Notes: generated by a model not told the origin, from the letters alone. DNA of 64,000 nt from a bacterium (GCA_031082145.1 JAVHLP010000001.1:436883-500882), one strand, 5' to 3'. Positions 47,901 to 57,791 are shown, counted from the stretch's first letter. Translations and numbers: made by a program.

Positions 47901-48818
47901 GTGGTGGCCAAGTCCTGGTTCGACTTGAGGGAGATCCACCCCGGCGTGTGGAGCCTCTCTGAGCCGGGTCACCTGGAAGAGGTCATCTCTTACTTGGTTC
48001 TCGGCCGTGACCGCGCCGTGCTGGTGGATACCGGGATGGGCATCGGTGATCTGCGGCGGGCCGTCCTGCGCCTGACCAGACTCCCCATCCTGGTGGTGAA
48101 CACCCACGCCGACTTCCACCACTGCGGGGCCAACCACGAGTACCAGGAGGTCGCCGCCCACGCCGCGGAGGTCCCCCGGATTGAGAGGGGATGGAGCCCG
48201 GAAGAGGTAGCCGAAGCGATGCTACCCCATAAGATATGGGCTCCCCTGCCGGCCGGGTTCGACCCCGGGGAGTACCGGGTGGAACCCTCATCGGTCACCC
48301 GGTTGCTGGCCGAGGGGGATGATATAGAGCTGGGTGGTAGAAGGCTCAGAGTTCTCGAGACCCCCGGCCACACGCCGGGTAGCCTCTGCCTGTGGGACGA
48401 GCACAACAGCATCCTGTTCACCGGCGACACCCTCTCCCCCACCGCCATGTCTGCCGCCGGCTCCGACTCCGACCCCGAGCAACTGCTGGAGAGCATGACC
48501 CGGCTGGCCCAACTGGCCGGCGAGGTGGCGCGGATCTGCCCCGGCCACCACCAGGCACCCCTGGGACCGGACTTCCTCGCCGAGGCGGCGGAGGCCGTGA
48601 GCCGGGTCCGGGCGGGCGTCAGCCGCATCGAGCCCGCCGGTGAAGGCTTTGTACGGCACCGCTTCCGTCGCTTCTCCCTGGTGCTCCCCGGTCAGGTCGA
48701 AGAACCGGCCTTGGCCGTTCCCGACACCCGCCCGCCCGTTCCCAAGAAACCGGCCGCCCGGAAGAAGGGGAAGACGCAGTCCGGGCGCCGCCCGGCAGGT
48801 CACGCCCCCAGCCGGTAG
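47901..48818 (+). CDS. MBL-fold metallohydrolase
   Basis: LVDTG.G, NTHADFHH, TPGHTPGS, LFTGD, PGH. Confidence 0.87.
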   Translation: MVAKSWFDLREIHPGVWSLSEPGHLEEVISYLVLGRDRAVLVDTGMGIGDLRRAVLRLTRLPILVVNTHADFHHCGANHEYQEVAAHAAEVPRIERGWSPEEVAEAMLPHKIWAPLPAGFDPGEYRVEPSSVTRLLAEGDDIELGGRRLRVLETPGHTPGSLCLWDEHNSILFTGDTLSPTAMSAAGSDSDPEQLLESMTRLAQLAGEVARICPGHHQAPLGPDFLAEAAEAVSRVRAGVSRIEPAGEGFVRHRFRRFSLVLPGQVEEPALAVPDTRPPVPKKPAARKKGKTQSGRRPAGHAPSR

Positions 48819-48866
48819 GAGAAGACCTCTTTCCCGCGGAATGGAGTTCTCCCGAGGAGGCCCACC

Positions 48867-50213
48867 GTGATCGAACCCTTGGCAGGCCGCCAGGTTCGCC
48901 CTGGCATTGTCCGTCTGGCCTGGCCGGTCTTCGCCGAGATGTCACTGCAGACCATAACCCAAGTAGTCGACCTGGTAATGGTCGGCCGGCTGGGGGCCGT
49001 GGCGGTGGCGGCCGTCGGTCTGAGTTTCCAGCCGCTCTGGTTGGCCACCGGGGTCTTCATGGGCCTGGCGGCGGGGACCACTGCGGTGGTGGCCAGGTCG
49101 GTTGGCGCTGGTGACCCGGGCCCCGCGGGAAGGGCCGCCCACCAGTCTTTTCTCCTCGCCGTAGCCCTCGCGCTCCTCGTGGGGAGTGCCGTTCTTGCCG
49201 GCGCCGCCACCCTCTTGCGGCTGATGGGAGCCGAACCGGCGGTGGTGGCAGCGGGCTCATCTTACGTCCGCCTTCTGGTCCCCGGCATGGTGGCCCTGAT
49301 GTGCGGGCAAGTGGTAACGGGAGCGCTGCGAGGCGCGGGTGACACCCGCACCCCCCTCAAGATTAGCGCCCTGGTCAACCTCCTCAACATCGGTGGCAAC
49401 TGGGTGCTCATCTTCGGGCACCTCGGTTTTCCGGCGTTGGGGCTGGCAGGCGCGGCCGTCGCCACCAGCCTGGCCCGGGCCGGTGGGCTGGTCTTGCTGC
49501 TGGCGGCATGTTTCAGGAGTAACGCGGCCGTCCCCTTCCCCCGCCGGGGGTTCTTCCGGCCCGAGCCCGCCACCATGGCCCGCGTAGTCCGGGTGGGCCT
49601 ACCGGCCGCCCTAGAGCGGATCACCAACAGCCTGGGCATGGTCCTGTACGCCCGGGTGGTGGCTGGACTGGGCACGGTGGCCTTCGCCGCCCACGCCATC
49701 GCCCTCAACGTGGAGTCTCTCTCCTACATGCCCGGCATCGCCTTGTCGGTGGCCGCGTCGGCACTGGTGGGGCAGGAGTTGGGAGCCCGCCGGCCCGACC
49801 GGGCCATCGCCTGCGGCTGGGAATGCCTCCGGCTGGCCCTGACCGTCATGGGCGGCATGGGGCTGATCTTCCTGTTGCTGCCGGGGCCGCTGGTACGCCT
49901 GTACACCGCCGACCCGGGGATCGTCACCCTGGGGGTCATCGCCCTCCGGGTGGTGGCCTTCGCCCAGATCCCCGAGGCCACCGGCTTCGTCCTGGGAGGA
50001 GCGCTGAGAGGTGCCGGCGACACCCTCACCGTCCTGCGCATCACGCTGATCGGCGTCTGGGGGGTGCGGCTGATCAGCGCTTACCTCTTTGTGCCCGTGC
50101 TGGGGCTGGGCATTCTGGGCGCCTGGCTGGCGATGAGCCTCGACTGGCTGGTGCGAGCGGCCTACCTGGCAGCCCATTTCAGGGCCGGGCGCTGGCGGGA
50201 GATTGAGGTCTGA
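48867..50213 (+). CDS. MATE family efflux transporter
   Basis: VD..MVGRLG, ALRGAGDTRTP (twice), FG.LG.P.LG..GAA.AT. Confidence 0.93.
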   Translation: MIEPLAGRQVRPGIVRLAWPVFAEMSLQTITQVVDLVMVGRLGAVAVAAVGLSFQPLWLATGVFMGLAAGTTAVVARSVGAGDPGPAGRAAHQSFLLAVALALLVGSAVLAGAATLLRLMGAEPAVVAAGSSYVRLLVPGMVALMCGQVVTGALRGAGDTRTPLKISALVNLLNIGGNWVLIFGHLGFPALGLAGAAVATSLARAGGLVLLLAACFRSNAAVPFPRRGFFRPEPATMARVVRVGLPAALERITNSLGMVLYARVVAGLGTVAFAAHAIALNVESLSYMPGIALSVAASALVGQELGARRPDRAIACGWECLRLALTVMGGMGLIFLLLPGPLVRLYTADPGIVTLGVIALRVVAFAQIPEATGFVLGGALRGAGDTLTVLRITLIGVWGVRLISAYLFVPVLGLGILGAWLAMSLDWLVRAAYLAAHFRAGRWREIEV

Positions 50214-50322
50214 GGAAAACCTCTGTGAACTGCCGGAAAGGGCCCGTCCGATGGGACGGACCCCCGACCGTACCGGCCGCCAAAGCGGCAGCGCGACCCT
50301 GCCACGCCTCCCCCACCACTCG

Positions 50323-50463
50323 CTACTGCTTGGGCTTCTCGGCGCACGGATGGCACGGCTCATCGCCATGGCATTCCCGGATCTGCTCCGCAGAACACTC
50401 TCCCGGCTTGCCCCGGAGTTTATCCGGGTGCTTGCACTCCTGTTTCTTCTCCTCACCGCCCAC
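50323..50463 (-). CDS. 46-aa Cys/His-rich microprotein
   Basis: MGGEEKKQECKHPDKLRGKPGECSAEQIRECHGDEPCHPCAEKPKQ; GGAGGTGG RBS, overlaps the ArsR stop. Confidence 0.7.
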   Translation of the reverse strand: MGGEEKKQECKHPDKLRGKPGECSAEQIRECHGDEPCHPCAEKPKQ

Positions 50464-50779
50464 AGTCTCCACCTCCCTCTCCTCGCCGGCAGCACCGGTC
50501 GTTCCCGGCCTCCTCCGGCAGAATCGACCAAAGCTCCGCCTGTAGCTCACGCTGCAACTGCTCGAAAGCACCTCGCTCCAGACGGTAGTGGACGAAGTAG
50601 CCCCGGCGATCACCTGTGACCAGCCCCGCATCACGGAGCACCCTGAGATGCTGGGAGGCGGCGGGCGAGGAGATCCCGACCTCCGCGGCGATCAGCTTGG
50701 TGCAGCAAGGCCCCCTTGCCAGCAGGCGGACTATGCGGTAACGGCTGGGTTCCGCCAGGGCCCGCAAGGCTTCCAACAT
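50453..50779 (-). CDS. ArsR/SmtB family regulator
   Basis: ALAEPSR..I..LL, PCC, SQHL.VL..AGLV, HY; Cys-rich tail. Confidence 0.92.
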   Translation of the reverse strand: MLEALRALAEPSRYRIVRLLARGPCCTKLIAAEVGISSPAASQHLRVLRDAGLVTGDRRGYFVHYRLERGAFEQLQRELQAELWSILPEEAGNDRCCRRGEGGGDCGR

Positions 50780-50802
50780 CAGAACACCCCGCCCTTAAGT
50801 CT

Positions 50803-50849
50803 TTAAGCAATCACTAATTGAGTATAGCCCCCCGGCTGCAGGCTGTCAA
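50803..50849 (-). promoter_or_regulatory. sigmaA promoter TTGACA-N17-TATACT plus downstream ArsR-type imperfect dyad
   Basis: Hexamers at 50844-50849 and 50821-50826; ATTAGTGATTGCTTAA just downstream. Confidence 0.8.
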
Positions 50850-50891
50850 GGGGGGGACCGGCGCCGCGACGTGGCCGGAATGGCGGTCTTC

Positions 50892-52700
50892 CTACATTAC
50901 CCTGGCGAGATCGGCCAACCCGAGGGCCTCGAGCCTGGCCCGCCGCGGGCGTCCTCGATCGTCCAGCCCCCGACAGTCTCTCCACTCGGCCAGCATTCGC
51001 TCCAGGTCGGGGGCCGAACCGCGGGTGGGCCCTTCCCCCAACCTTAGCAGCAGCCGGGGGGGCAGCCGGTCGTTCGCCGGGGTGTCTCCCAGCAGCATGT
51101 TGATCCCCCGCTTGAGCAGGAACACCCGCTCCCCGCATTCCCGCAGGCCCTCGGGACCGTAGTCGTCGCCGGTCACGGCGCTGAGAGCCTGGCACAGGTC
51201 TTGGGTACTCATGCCCAGACCCCCGTTGACGCAGACGATAGCGCAGGATCCTTTGGCCTGCCCCAAGTCCTGGGCGAGGGCTACCAGCCGGGCCTTGCCC
51301 TCCCCGCTCCGCATGGCCGAGGGTTCTTCCAGCCCGAACTCGGGCAAGGCACAGACGCTCTGCTCCACCCACATGGTCAGGCTGTCAACGTGGCAGGCTC
51401 CGCGGGTAGCGGTGGCGTAGGCCAGCCCGAGGCCATGGAGGGCCCGGGGATCGTGCATGGGAGCTTCCAGCCTGCGAGTAGTGGTGAGGAAGGCCCGGGA
51501 AGCCTCGCCGAGTTCCTCAGCCATGGCGGCCGAGCCGCGGGCCAAGAAGGCCCCGAACCCTTCCCGGCGGGCGATCAGGGGCAGCACCGCCAGTACCGGG
51601 GCGGGATCGCCCCAGCCGAGACGTATCCCTCCGGTCCGCGCGGAGGGGATGAGCCCCGCCTCGACGCACTCGGTGGCAAAGGCAATGGTGCTGCCGCAGG
51701 TGATGGTGTCCAGGCCCAGCCGGTTACACAGGTCGTTGATGCCGGCGATGGCCGCCAAGTCATCAATCAGCAACATGGTCCCGAAGGACGCCACGGTCTC
51801 GTACTCGGGGCCCGGGACATCCTGCCCCGCCAGCCTCACAACGCGCTTGCAGGCCAGGGGACAGCCCGAACAGGTCGCGCTGCCGGCGCCCAGGATCTCC
51901 TGGTAACCCACTCCGGTGAGCTTCTCGAAGCCCTCGTCCCAGGATCCCCGCGACCAGTTGCGCAGGGGGACGTCGCCGACCAACGAACCGGCATCCATGA
52001 TCGACATGGTGCCGAAGAAGCTGAGGGCCTGCAAGACCAGGTTGGCCTCCGCCTCGGCCACCAGGCGCTGCCGCAGGGCCGCCACTGCCGCTGGGTCGGC
52101 CACCGGGGGCCGGACCGCGCCCCGGGCGACGATGGCCTTGAGCCGCTTGTCCCCCATCACCGCTCCCATGCCGGTGCGGCCGGCCACATGGCCCCGGTCG
52201 GAGATGGCGGCGGCATATGGCACTCCGTTCTCACCGGCGGGCCCGATGGCCATGACCCGGCCTTCTCCGGCCAGGGCGGCCGTTGTCTCGTAGGCGTCGA
52301 GCCCCCAGAGGTCACCGGCCGGCACCAGTTCGGCTTCTCCGGTGACGACCTTCAGGTAGACGGGAGTGGGTGCCCGGCCGTGAAACTCCACTCCGTCGTA
52401 GCCGCAATACCGGAGTTCGGGGCCCAGCCAGCCACCGAAGTTGGCCTCACCCCACAGGCCGGTGAGGGGGGAGCGGGCGGCCAGGATGGCGCGAGGGGTG
52501 AAGGGAACCGCCGTCCCCGTCAGGGGTCCGGTCATCAGGTACAGGGGATCGCCCGGGTCGGCGCCGGCGGCCAGTTCACGCCAGTACAGGTAGGCGGCCA
52601 GGCCACCACCACCGATGAAGGGGCGGGCCACCCTGCCGGGGATCACCTGCTCGGAACAGGTCAGGCGCTCGAGGTCGACTACCAACAGCCGCCGGTCCAC
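50892..52700 (-). CDS. Aldehyde:ferredoxin oxidoreductase (tungstopterin AOR family)
   Basis: RSPLTG, IGPAGE, GRTGMGAVMG.K.LKAI, CSGCPLAC, GPEYET, CNRLGLDTI, HDPR, RGACH. Confidence 0.93.
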   Translation of the reverse strand: MDRRLLVVDLERLTCSEQVIPGRVARPFIGGGGLAAYLYWRELAAGADPGDPLYLMTGPLTGTAVPFTPRAILAARSPLTGLWGEANFGGWLGPELRYCGYDGVEFHGRAPTPVYLKVVTGEAELVPAGDLWGLDAYETTAALAGEGRVMAIGPAGENGVPYAAAISDRGHVAGRTGMGAVMGDKRLKAIVARGAVRPPVADPAAVAALRQRLVAEAEANLVLQALSFFGTMSIMDAGSLVGDVPLRNWSRGSWDEGFEKLTGVGYQEILGAGSATCSGCPLACKRVVRLAGQDVPGPEYETVASFGTMLLIDDLAAIAGINDLCNRLGLDTITCGSTIAFATECVEAGLIPSARTGGIRLGWGDPAPVLAVLPLIARREGFGAFLARGSAAMAEELGEASRAFLTTTRRLEAPMHDPRALHGLGLAYATATRGACHVDSLTMWVEQSVCALPEFGLEEPSAMRSGEGKARLVALAQDLGQAKGSCAIVCVNGGLGMSTQDLCQALSAVTGDDYGPEGLRECGERVFLLKRGINMLLGDTPANDRLPPRLLLRLGEGPTRGSAPDLERMLAEWRDCRGLDDRGRPRRARLEALGLADLARVM

Positions 52701-53123
52701 TCACTCTTCCCCCGGCAAGCCGTGGGCCCGGGCGATCTCGGGGTACTTCTTGTAGGCCGGCTTTATGGCCGGCAGGAGTTTCAGGATGCTCTGGATGGGA
52801 CCCACCGCCTTCATCTGTCCCCGGGCCAACGCGGTCAGGAGGTTCATGTGGCCAAACCAGAAGGTGTGGGCCACATCGGCGTTCATCTCCATGGTGACGT
52901 CGGGGGTCAGACCGGCCGGCCCGCAGAGGACCGTGAAGTGCCGCCCCTCAGGCGGCACGGCCCGTGCGTCGACCGTAATCTCGCTCTCCGGCTCGTGGTA
53001 GACAAAGCGAATGGTGAGCCCGGAAGCCGCGATCTTGGGCCCGAGCTCCGGATCTTGGCTTCCCCACTCGAACAAGGCCCCGATCGTGGCATAGACGTCC
53101 TGGTCGGTGGCAAAGACGGGCAA
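52701..53123 (-). CDS. SCP2 (sterol/lipid carrier) domain protein
   Basis: PDVTMEMNAD...FW.G.MN...ALARGQMKA.G fold signature; TTG start. Confidence 0.8.
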   Translation of the reverse strand: MPVFATDQDVYATIGALFEWGSQDPELGPKIAASGLTIRFVYHEPESEITVDARAVPPEGRHFTVLCGPAGLTPDVTMEMNADVAHTFWFGHMNLLTALARGQMKAVGPIQSILKLLPAIKPAYKKYPEIARAHGLPGEE

Positions 53124-53139
53124 GGAGAATCCCTCCCTC

Positions 53140-54243
53140 TCATAAGGCAGCCCGGAGGACTGCCTCGATCTCTTCGGCCGTGGCCTCGCGGGGGTTGGCG
53201 TAGATGCTGCCGTCGAGCATTGCCAACTCCGCCAGGGCCGCCAGATCGGCCTCCTCCACTCCCACCTCCCGCAGCCGGGTCGGCAGGGCGATCCTCTCCG
53301 CCAGGGAGCGCACGGCCTCCACGGGGTCGGCTCCCATCCACTCGCCCAGAATTCCGAACCGGTCACCGGCGGCCGGTCGGTTGTACTCCAGACCGTGAGG
53401 AAGCAGGATCGCGTTGGCCAGGCCGTGGGGAACCTCCCGGAGACCCCCGCAAGCATGGGCCATGGCGTGGACACAGCCCACCATAGCCCAGGAGAAGGCC
53501 ATCCCCGCCAGGCAACTGGCAGTCAGCATCCGCCACCGGGCCTCAAGGTTCGAGCCGTCGACCACGGCCCGGGGAAGCTCTCTGAGGACAGTCCGGGCAG
53601 CTGCCAGGGCCAGGGCGTCCGACAGGGGTCCGGCCTTAACCGAGAGGAAAGCCTCCAGCGCGTGGGTCAGCGCGTCCAAGCCGGTGGCGGCGGTGAGCCC
53701 GGGAGGCAGCCCTAATGTGAGTACGGGGTCCAACACGGCCAGTGCAGGGGCCAGGTGCTCACTGATAAAGGAGACCTTGGTCCCGGTGTTCTCATCCCGG
53801 ACAACGGCGTAGATGCTAACCTCGCTGCCGGTGCCGGCCGTCGTCGGAACGGCCGCTACCGGCAAGAGGGGCCGGGCGAGGACGTTGACGCCCTGGTGGT
53901 CGAGCAGTCTCCCGCCCTCGGTGAAAACCAGGGCAGCCGCCTTGGCGGTGTCCAGCACGCTGCCGCCTCCTACCGCCAGCAGGAAGTCAGCCTCCAGTTC
54001 CCGGGCCAACCGGGCGGCTTCCTCGACCTGCTCCACCGACGAGTTGGGGGTGATGGCATCATACACCCCGACTACGCGGCTCCCCGCCGCCCGCCGTACT
54101 CGGTCGGCCAGCGGGCGGACGCCGGCGTCGGTGAGCAGGAGACCGCGGGTCAAGCCTTCCCGCTGGAGCTCAATGTCGATACTGGTCGAGAGGCCGCGTC
54201 CGGCCACCACCCGGGTCGGCACCTGGAACTCGCTGAATTCCAC
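53140..54243 (-). CDS. Iron-containing alcohol dehydrogenase
   Basis: GGGSVLDTAK, PTTAGTGSE, DALTHALE, HAMAH, PHGLAN. Confidence 0.93.
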   Translation of the reverse strand: MEFSEFQVPTRVVAGRGLSTSIDIELQREGLTRGLLLTDAGVRPLADRVRRAAGSRVVGVYDAITPNSSVEQVEEAARLARELEADFLLAVGGGSVLDTAKAAALVFTEGGRLLDHQGVNVLARPLLPVAAVPTTAGTGSEVSIYAVVRDENTGTKVSFISEHLAPALAVLDPVLTLGLPPGLTAATGLDALTHALEAFLSVKAGPLSDALALAAARTVLRELPRAVVDGSNLEARWRMLTASCLAGMAFSWAMVGCVHAMAHACGGLREVPHGLANAILLPHGLEYNRPAAGDRFGILGEWMGADPVEAVRSLAERIALPTRLREVGVEEADLAALAELAMLDGSIYANPREATAEEIEAVLRAAL

Positions 54244-54244
54244 G

Positions 54245-54496
54245 CTATCCCCCCCCGACCAGGATGGCGACGGTGACCCGATCCCCGTCCCCCAAGGCCT
54301 CCTCACCCGATGCCGAGTTGTCGATGCTCACAAACAGGCAGCGCCGTTGCTCGGGACTCAGCGCGCACCTGGAGGCGACGTGATCCAACACCTCGGCGAA
54401 GCCGGAACCAAGAGGTAAGCCCACCCGCTCCTCGGCGCAGCCCGCCCGTACGGCCAAATACCCCTTGTAGCTGATGTGCACAGTGACAGTGGCCAT
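54245..54496 (-). CDS. MoaD/ThiS ubiquitin-like protein
   Basis: 83 aa, L.DGDRV, C-terminal GGG. Confidence 0.85.
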   Translation of the reverse strand: MATVTVHISYKGYLAVRAGCAEERVGLPLGSGFAEVLDHVASRCALSPEQRRCLFVSIDNSASGEEALGDGDRVTVAILVGGG

Positions 54497-54773
54497 GCCA
54501 TCCCCCCACCGCCGCGGGTTGCCTGATCACCACGACTGGAGATTCGGCGGGAGCCGGCCGTGAACCTCTCGGGCGGAGCTCGATAGCCCGGTCGGCCACG
54601 CACCGGCCGGACACGACGCTACCCACCGTTGCGGGCAGCCACAACTCAACGGCGGGTCGTTCATCCAAGCAACAGTTATCGCTAGCGGGCATCTCCTCCC
54701 CGGATTGTAAACTCCTCCATAAGACGCCCGGGAGCCTGCCGTTGCTCTTGATAAGCTCAGGTAAATGCGGATA

Positions 54774-54802
54774 TTGACCAAGGCCGTCTCCTTGGTTATA
54801 AT
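54774..54802 (+). promoter_or_regulatory. sigmaA promoter TTGACC-N17-TATAAT with palindromic operator
   Basis: ACCAAGG-N6-CCTTGGT spans the spacer. Confidence 0.8.
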
Positions 54803-54957
54803 TGGGGAGGCATACTGTGTCCACGCTTGCACTAGCCATGCGAACAGGCGTCGAACTGGCTGCCGGGAGGTGAGATGACGGGCGATTGGTCGTTTCCGCG
54901 CTTGGTACGGCAGAGAACGCCCGGCAACACCGGGCGAGGGGAGGCGTCATAGAGCCC

Positions 54958-56103
54958 ATGAGAATGACCAAGATTCTGGTGTGCGCTCTGGTCCTCGTGC
55001 TGGCCGTTTCCCTGGTGGGCAGCGGCTGCAAGAAGGTAGTACAGGAAGGTCCCCTTGTCTTCAAGATCGGCCTGATGACCGGCACTGTCAGCCAGGGTGA
55101 GGACGAGTACCGGGCCGCCGAGAGGCTGGTGGAGCAGTACCCTGGTCGCATCGTCCACCTGACCTACCCCGACAACTTCATGCAGGAGCAGGAGACCACT
55201 ATTACCCAGATCGTCAGCCTGGCAGCTGACCCCGACATCAAGGCCATCGTGATCTGCCAGGGCGTTCCGGGCACTGCGGCCGCCATCGACACGGTCAGGG
55301 CGGATCGGCCGGACATGATTTTCATCATCGGCGTGGCCCACGAAGACCCCAATACCATCATCCCCCGGGCGGACATCGTGATGGAGGTTGACAACCCCTC
55401 GCGGGGCAAGACGATTCCCGAACTGGCCCACGCGATGGGCGCCAAGAAGTTCCTTCACTATTCCTTCCCCCGCCACATGTCGATGGTGCTCCTGGCCCAG
55501 CGGCGCGACCTCATGATTGAGACCTGTGCCCAGCTGGGCGTCGAGTTCATCTTCGTGACCGCTCCCGACCCGATGGGTCCCGACGGGATTCCGGGCACCC
55601 AGCAGTTCATCGTCGAGGACATCCCGCGGCAGGTCGCGGTGCATGGCAAGGACATCGCCATCTTCGGCACCAACTGCGGCATGATGGAGCCGATGATCAA
55701 GCAGGTACTGGCCACCGGGGCGATATTTGTGGAGCAGTGCTGCCCCAGCCCGACCCACGGCTACCCCGCGGCCATGGGCATTGAAGGAGTCAAGGGGGAC
55801 GGCGCACTGGCCGGCAACATGCCTGCTATCCTGGAAGCCATCCGCACCAAGGTCGTAGCGGCCGGCGCCGGTGGCCGCTTCGCCACCTGGCCCGCCCCCA
55901 TCAACATGGTGTTCATCCAGGCGGGCGTGCAGCTGGCCATGGACATCGTTGAGGGCAAGGCTGATCCCGCCAACCTGGATCAGGTTAAGGCGGCCATTGA
56001 CAACGCACCGCTCATGGCTGGCGCTGGAGAAGCCCAGGTAAAGCGCATTCAGCCGGGCGCCAACTACTATCTGGTCGTTCTCGGCTCGTACATCTTCAAG
56101 TAA
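54958..56103 (+). CDS. DUF3798 substrate-binding lipoprotein
   Basis: GSG-C lipobox, TGTVSQGEDEYR, TYPDNF, HYSFPRHMS, EQCCPSP.HGYP. Confidence 0.88.
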   Translation: MRMTKILVCALVLVLAVSLVGSGCKKVVQEGPLVFKIGLMTGTVSQGEDEYRAAERLVEQYPGRIVHLTYPDNFMQEQETTITQIVSLAADPDIKAIVICQGVPGTAAAIDTVRADRPDMIFIIGVAHEDPNTIIPRADIVMEVDNPSRGKTIPELAHAMGAKKFLHYSFPRHMSMVLLAQRRDLMIETCAQLGVEFIFVTAPDPMGPDGIPGTQQFIVEDIPRQVAVHGKDIAIFGTNCGMMEPMIKQVLATGAIFVEQCCPSPTHGYPAAMGIEGVKGDGALAGNMPAILEAIRTKVVAAGAGGRFATWPAPINMVFIQAGVQLAMDIVEGKADPANLDQVKAAIDNAPLMAGAGEAQVKRIQPGANYYLVVLGSYIFK

Positions 56104-56127
56104 CAGACGGTGCCCTAAGGAGATGGG

Positions 56128-56161
56128 GAAGATTACCGGGTCCCCCGACCCGGTAATCTTC
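56128..56161. terminator. Perfect 15-bp stem-loop after the SBP gene
   Basis: GAAGATTACCGGGTC-CCCC-GACCCGGTAATCTTC; probable mRNA stabiliser or partial terminator. Confidence 0.7.
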
Positions 56162-56183
56162 TTCCCCTGTCTCAAGTCGGGAG

Positions 56184-57791
56184 GTGACGGGACTGAACGG
56201 GACACCCGTCCTTGACATGAGGGGAGTTACGAAGGAGTTCCACGGCAACCGGGTGCTCAACCGGGTGAACCTGGATGTCCGGCCGGGAGAGATCCACGGC
56301 TTGGTGGGAGAGAACGGTGCCGGCAAGTCCACACTGATGAACATCCTGTTCGGCATGCCGGTCATCCGCGAGACCGGAGGTTTCCAGGGCGAGGTGTTCC
56401 TCGGGGGTCAGCAAGTGCACGTCAAGTCCCCGTTCGAGGCCATGTCCCTCGGTGTGGGCATGGTTCATCAGGAGTTCATGCTCCTTCCCGGGTTCAACGT
56501 AACCGAGAACATCAAACTCAACCGGGAGGCCACCCGCCCCAACCTGGTGAGCCGCCTGGCCGGCGAGCGTCTCCGCACGCTGGACGTCCCACCCATGCGG
56601 GCCGATGCCCGGGCCGCCATCGACCGGCTGGGGCTGGAGATCGATGAGTGGCTGCCGGTGGCCGGCATGCCGGTAGGTCACATGCAGTTCGTCGAGATCG
56701 CCCGGGAGATCGACAAAACGGGGATCCGCTTGCTGGTGTTCGACGAGCCGACGGCGGTGCTGACCGAGTCGGAGGCCGCTCAGATGCTGGGCGCCCTGAA
56801 GCGGCTAACCGCAGCCGGGGTGGGTGTCCTTCTCATCACCCACCGCCTGGAAGAAGTCCTGGAGGTAGCCGACCGCATCACCGTCCTCCGTGACGGCGAA
56901 GTAGTGGCCACCCGCGCCCCGGCCGAGACTTCGCTGGAACAGCTGGCTGAACTCATGGTGGGGCGCAAGGTGGAGCGTGGCGGGCTACCGGCCCGGGCCC
57001 GCGAGCCGGGGCCGGAGGACCGCATTCTCCAAGTGCGGCGGCTCACCGTGCAGATGCCGGGTGAACGCGTGCGCGGCATTGACCTCGACGTCTACCGGGG
57101 CGAGATCCTGGGCATCGGCGGCCTGGCCGGACACGGCAAGGTGGGGATTGCCAACGGGATCATGGGTCTGTACCCAGCCACCGGCGAGATCAGCAAAGAC
57201 GGGCGCCAGTTGACACCGGGTCGTCCCCGGGAAGCCCTGGCCGCCGGCCTCGCCTTCCTCTCTGAGGACCGGCGGGGAGTAGGTCTGCTGCTGGACGAGT
57301 CGCTGGAACTCAACATGGCCCTGACGGCCATGCAGGTGAAAGGGGCTTTCCTTCGCCCCAACCCCGCACTGCCGGCCTTGAGCCTGCGGGATGAGCGCGC
57401 GGTGCGGTCCTTCGCCGAGCGGATGATCAAGGAGCTGGATATCCGCTGCCGGGGGCCGGAACAGGTGGTTCGGCGCTTGAGCGGCGGCAACCAGCAGAAG
57501 GTCTGTGTCGCCCGGGCTCTGGCGCTGGAGCCGGACCTGCTGCTGGTCTCTGAGCCCACCCGCGGCATCGACGTGGGAGCCAAGAGTCTGGTCCTCGACC
57601 TTCTGGTACGGCTGAACCGAGACCTGGGCATGACCATCATCATGACCTCCAGCGAATTGGTGGAACTCCAGAAGATCTGTGACCGTATCGCCCTGGTCTA
57701 CGGAGGCCGCCTGGCCGGTATCCTGCCCCCCGAAGCCCCGGCCGCCGAGTTTGGTCTGACCATGGCCGGCAAGCGGAAGGAGGCCTCGTGA
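56184..57791 (+). CDS. CUT2-type ABC ATPase (two domains)
   Basis: GENGAGKST, DEPT, LSGGNQQK, EPTRGIDVGAK. Confidence 0.93.
   Translation: MTGLNGTPVLDMRGVTKEFHGNRVLNRVNLDVRPGEIHGLVGENGAGKSTLMNILFGMPVIRETGGFQGEVFLGGQQVHVKSPFEAMSLGVGMVHQEFMLLPGFNVTENIKLNREATRPNLVSRLAGERLRTLDVPPMRADARAAIDRLGLEIDEWLPVAGMPVGHMQFVEIAREIDKTGIRLLVFDEPTAVLTESEAAQMLGALKRLTAAGVGVLLITHRLEEVLEVADRITVLRDGEVVATRAPAETSLEQLAELMVGRKVERGGLPARAREPGPEDRILQVRRLTVQMPGERVRGIDLDVYRGEILGIGGLAGHGKVGIANGIMGLYPATGEISKDGRQLTPGRPREALAAGLAFLSEDRRGVGLLLDESLELNMALTAMQVKGAFLRPNPALPALSLRDERAVRSFAERMIKELDIRCRGPEQVVRRLSGGNQQKVCVARALALEPDLLLVSEPTRGIDVGAKSLVLDLLVRLNRDLGMTIIMTSSELVELQKICDRIALVYGGRLAGILPPEAPAAEFGLTMAGKRKEAS

Noticed and set aside
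51201-53486. Long antisense ORFs (761 aa here; also 554..2122, 28624..29865, 54832..56205 and others)
   Set aside because: Shadow frames of real genes in high-GC DNA; no motifs or RBS.
54303-54692. ORF MPASDNCC... with RBS upstream of moaD
   Set aside because: Overlaps moaD extensively out of frame and has no recognisable motif.
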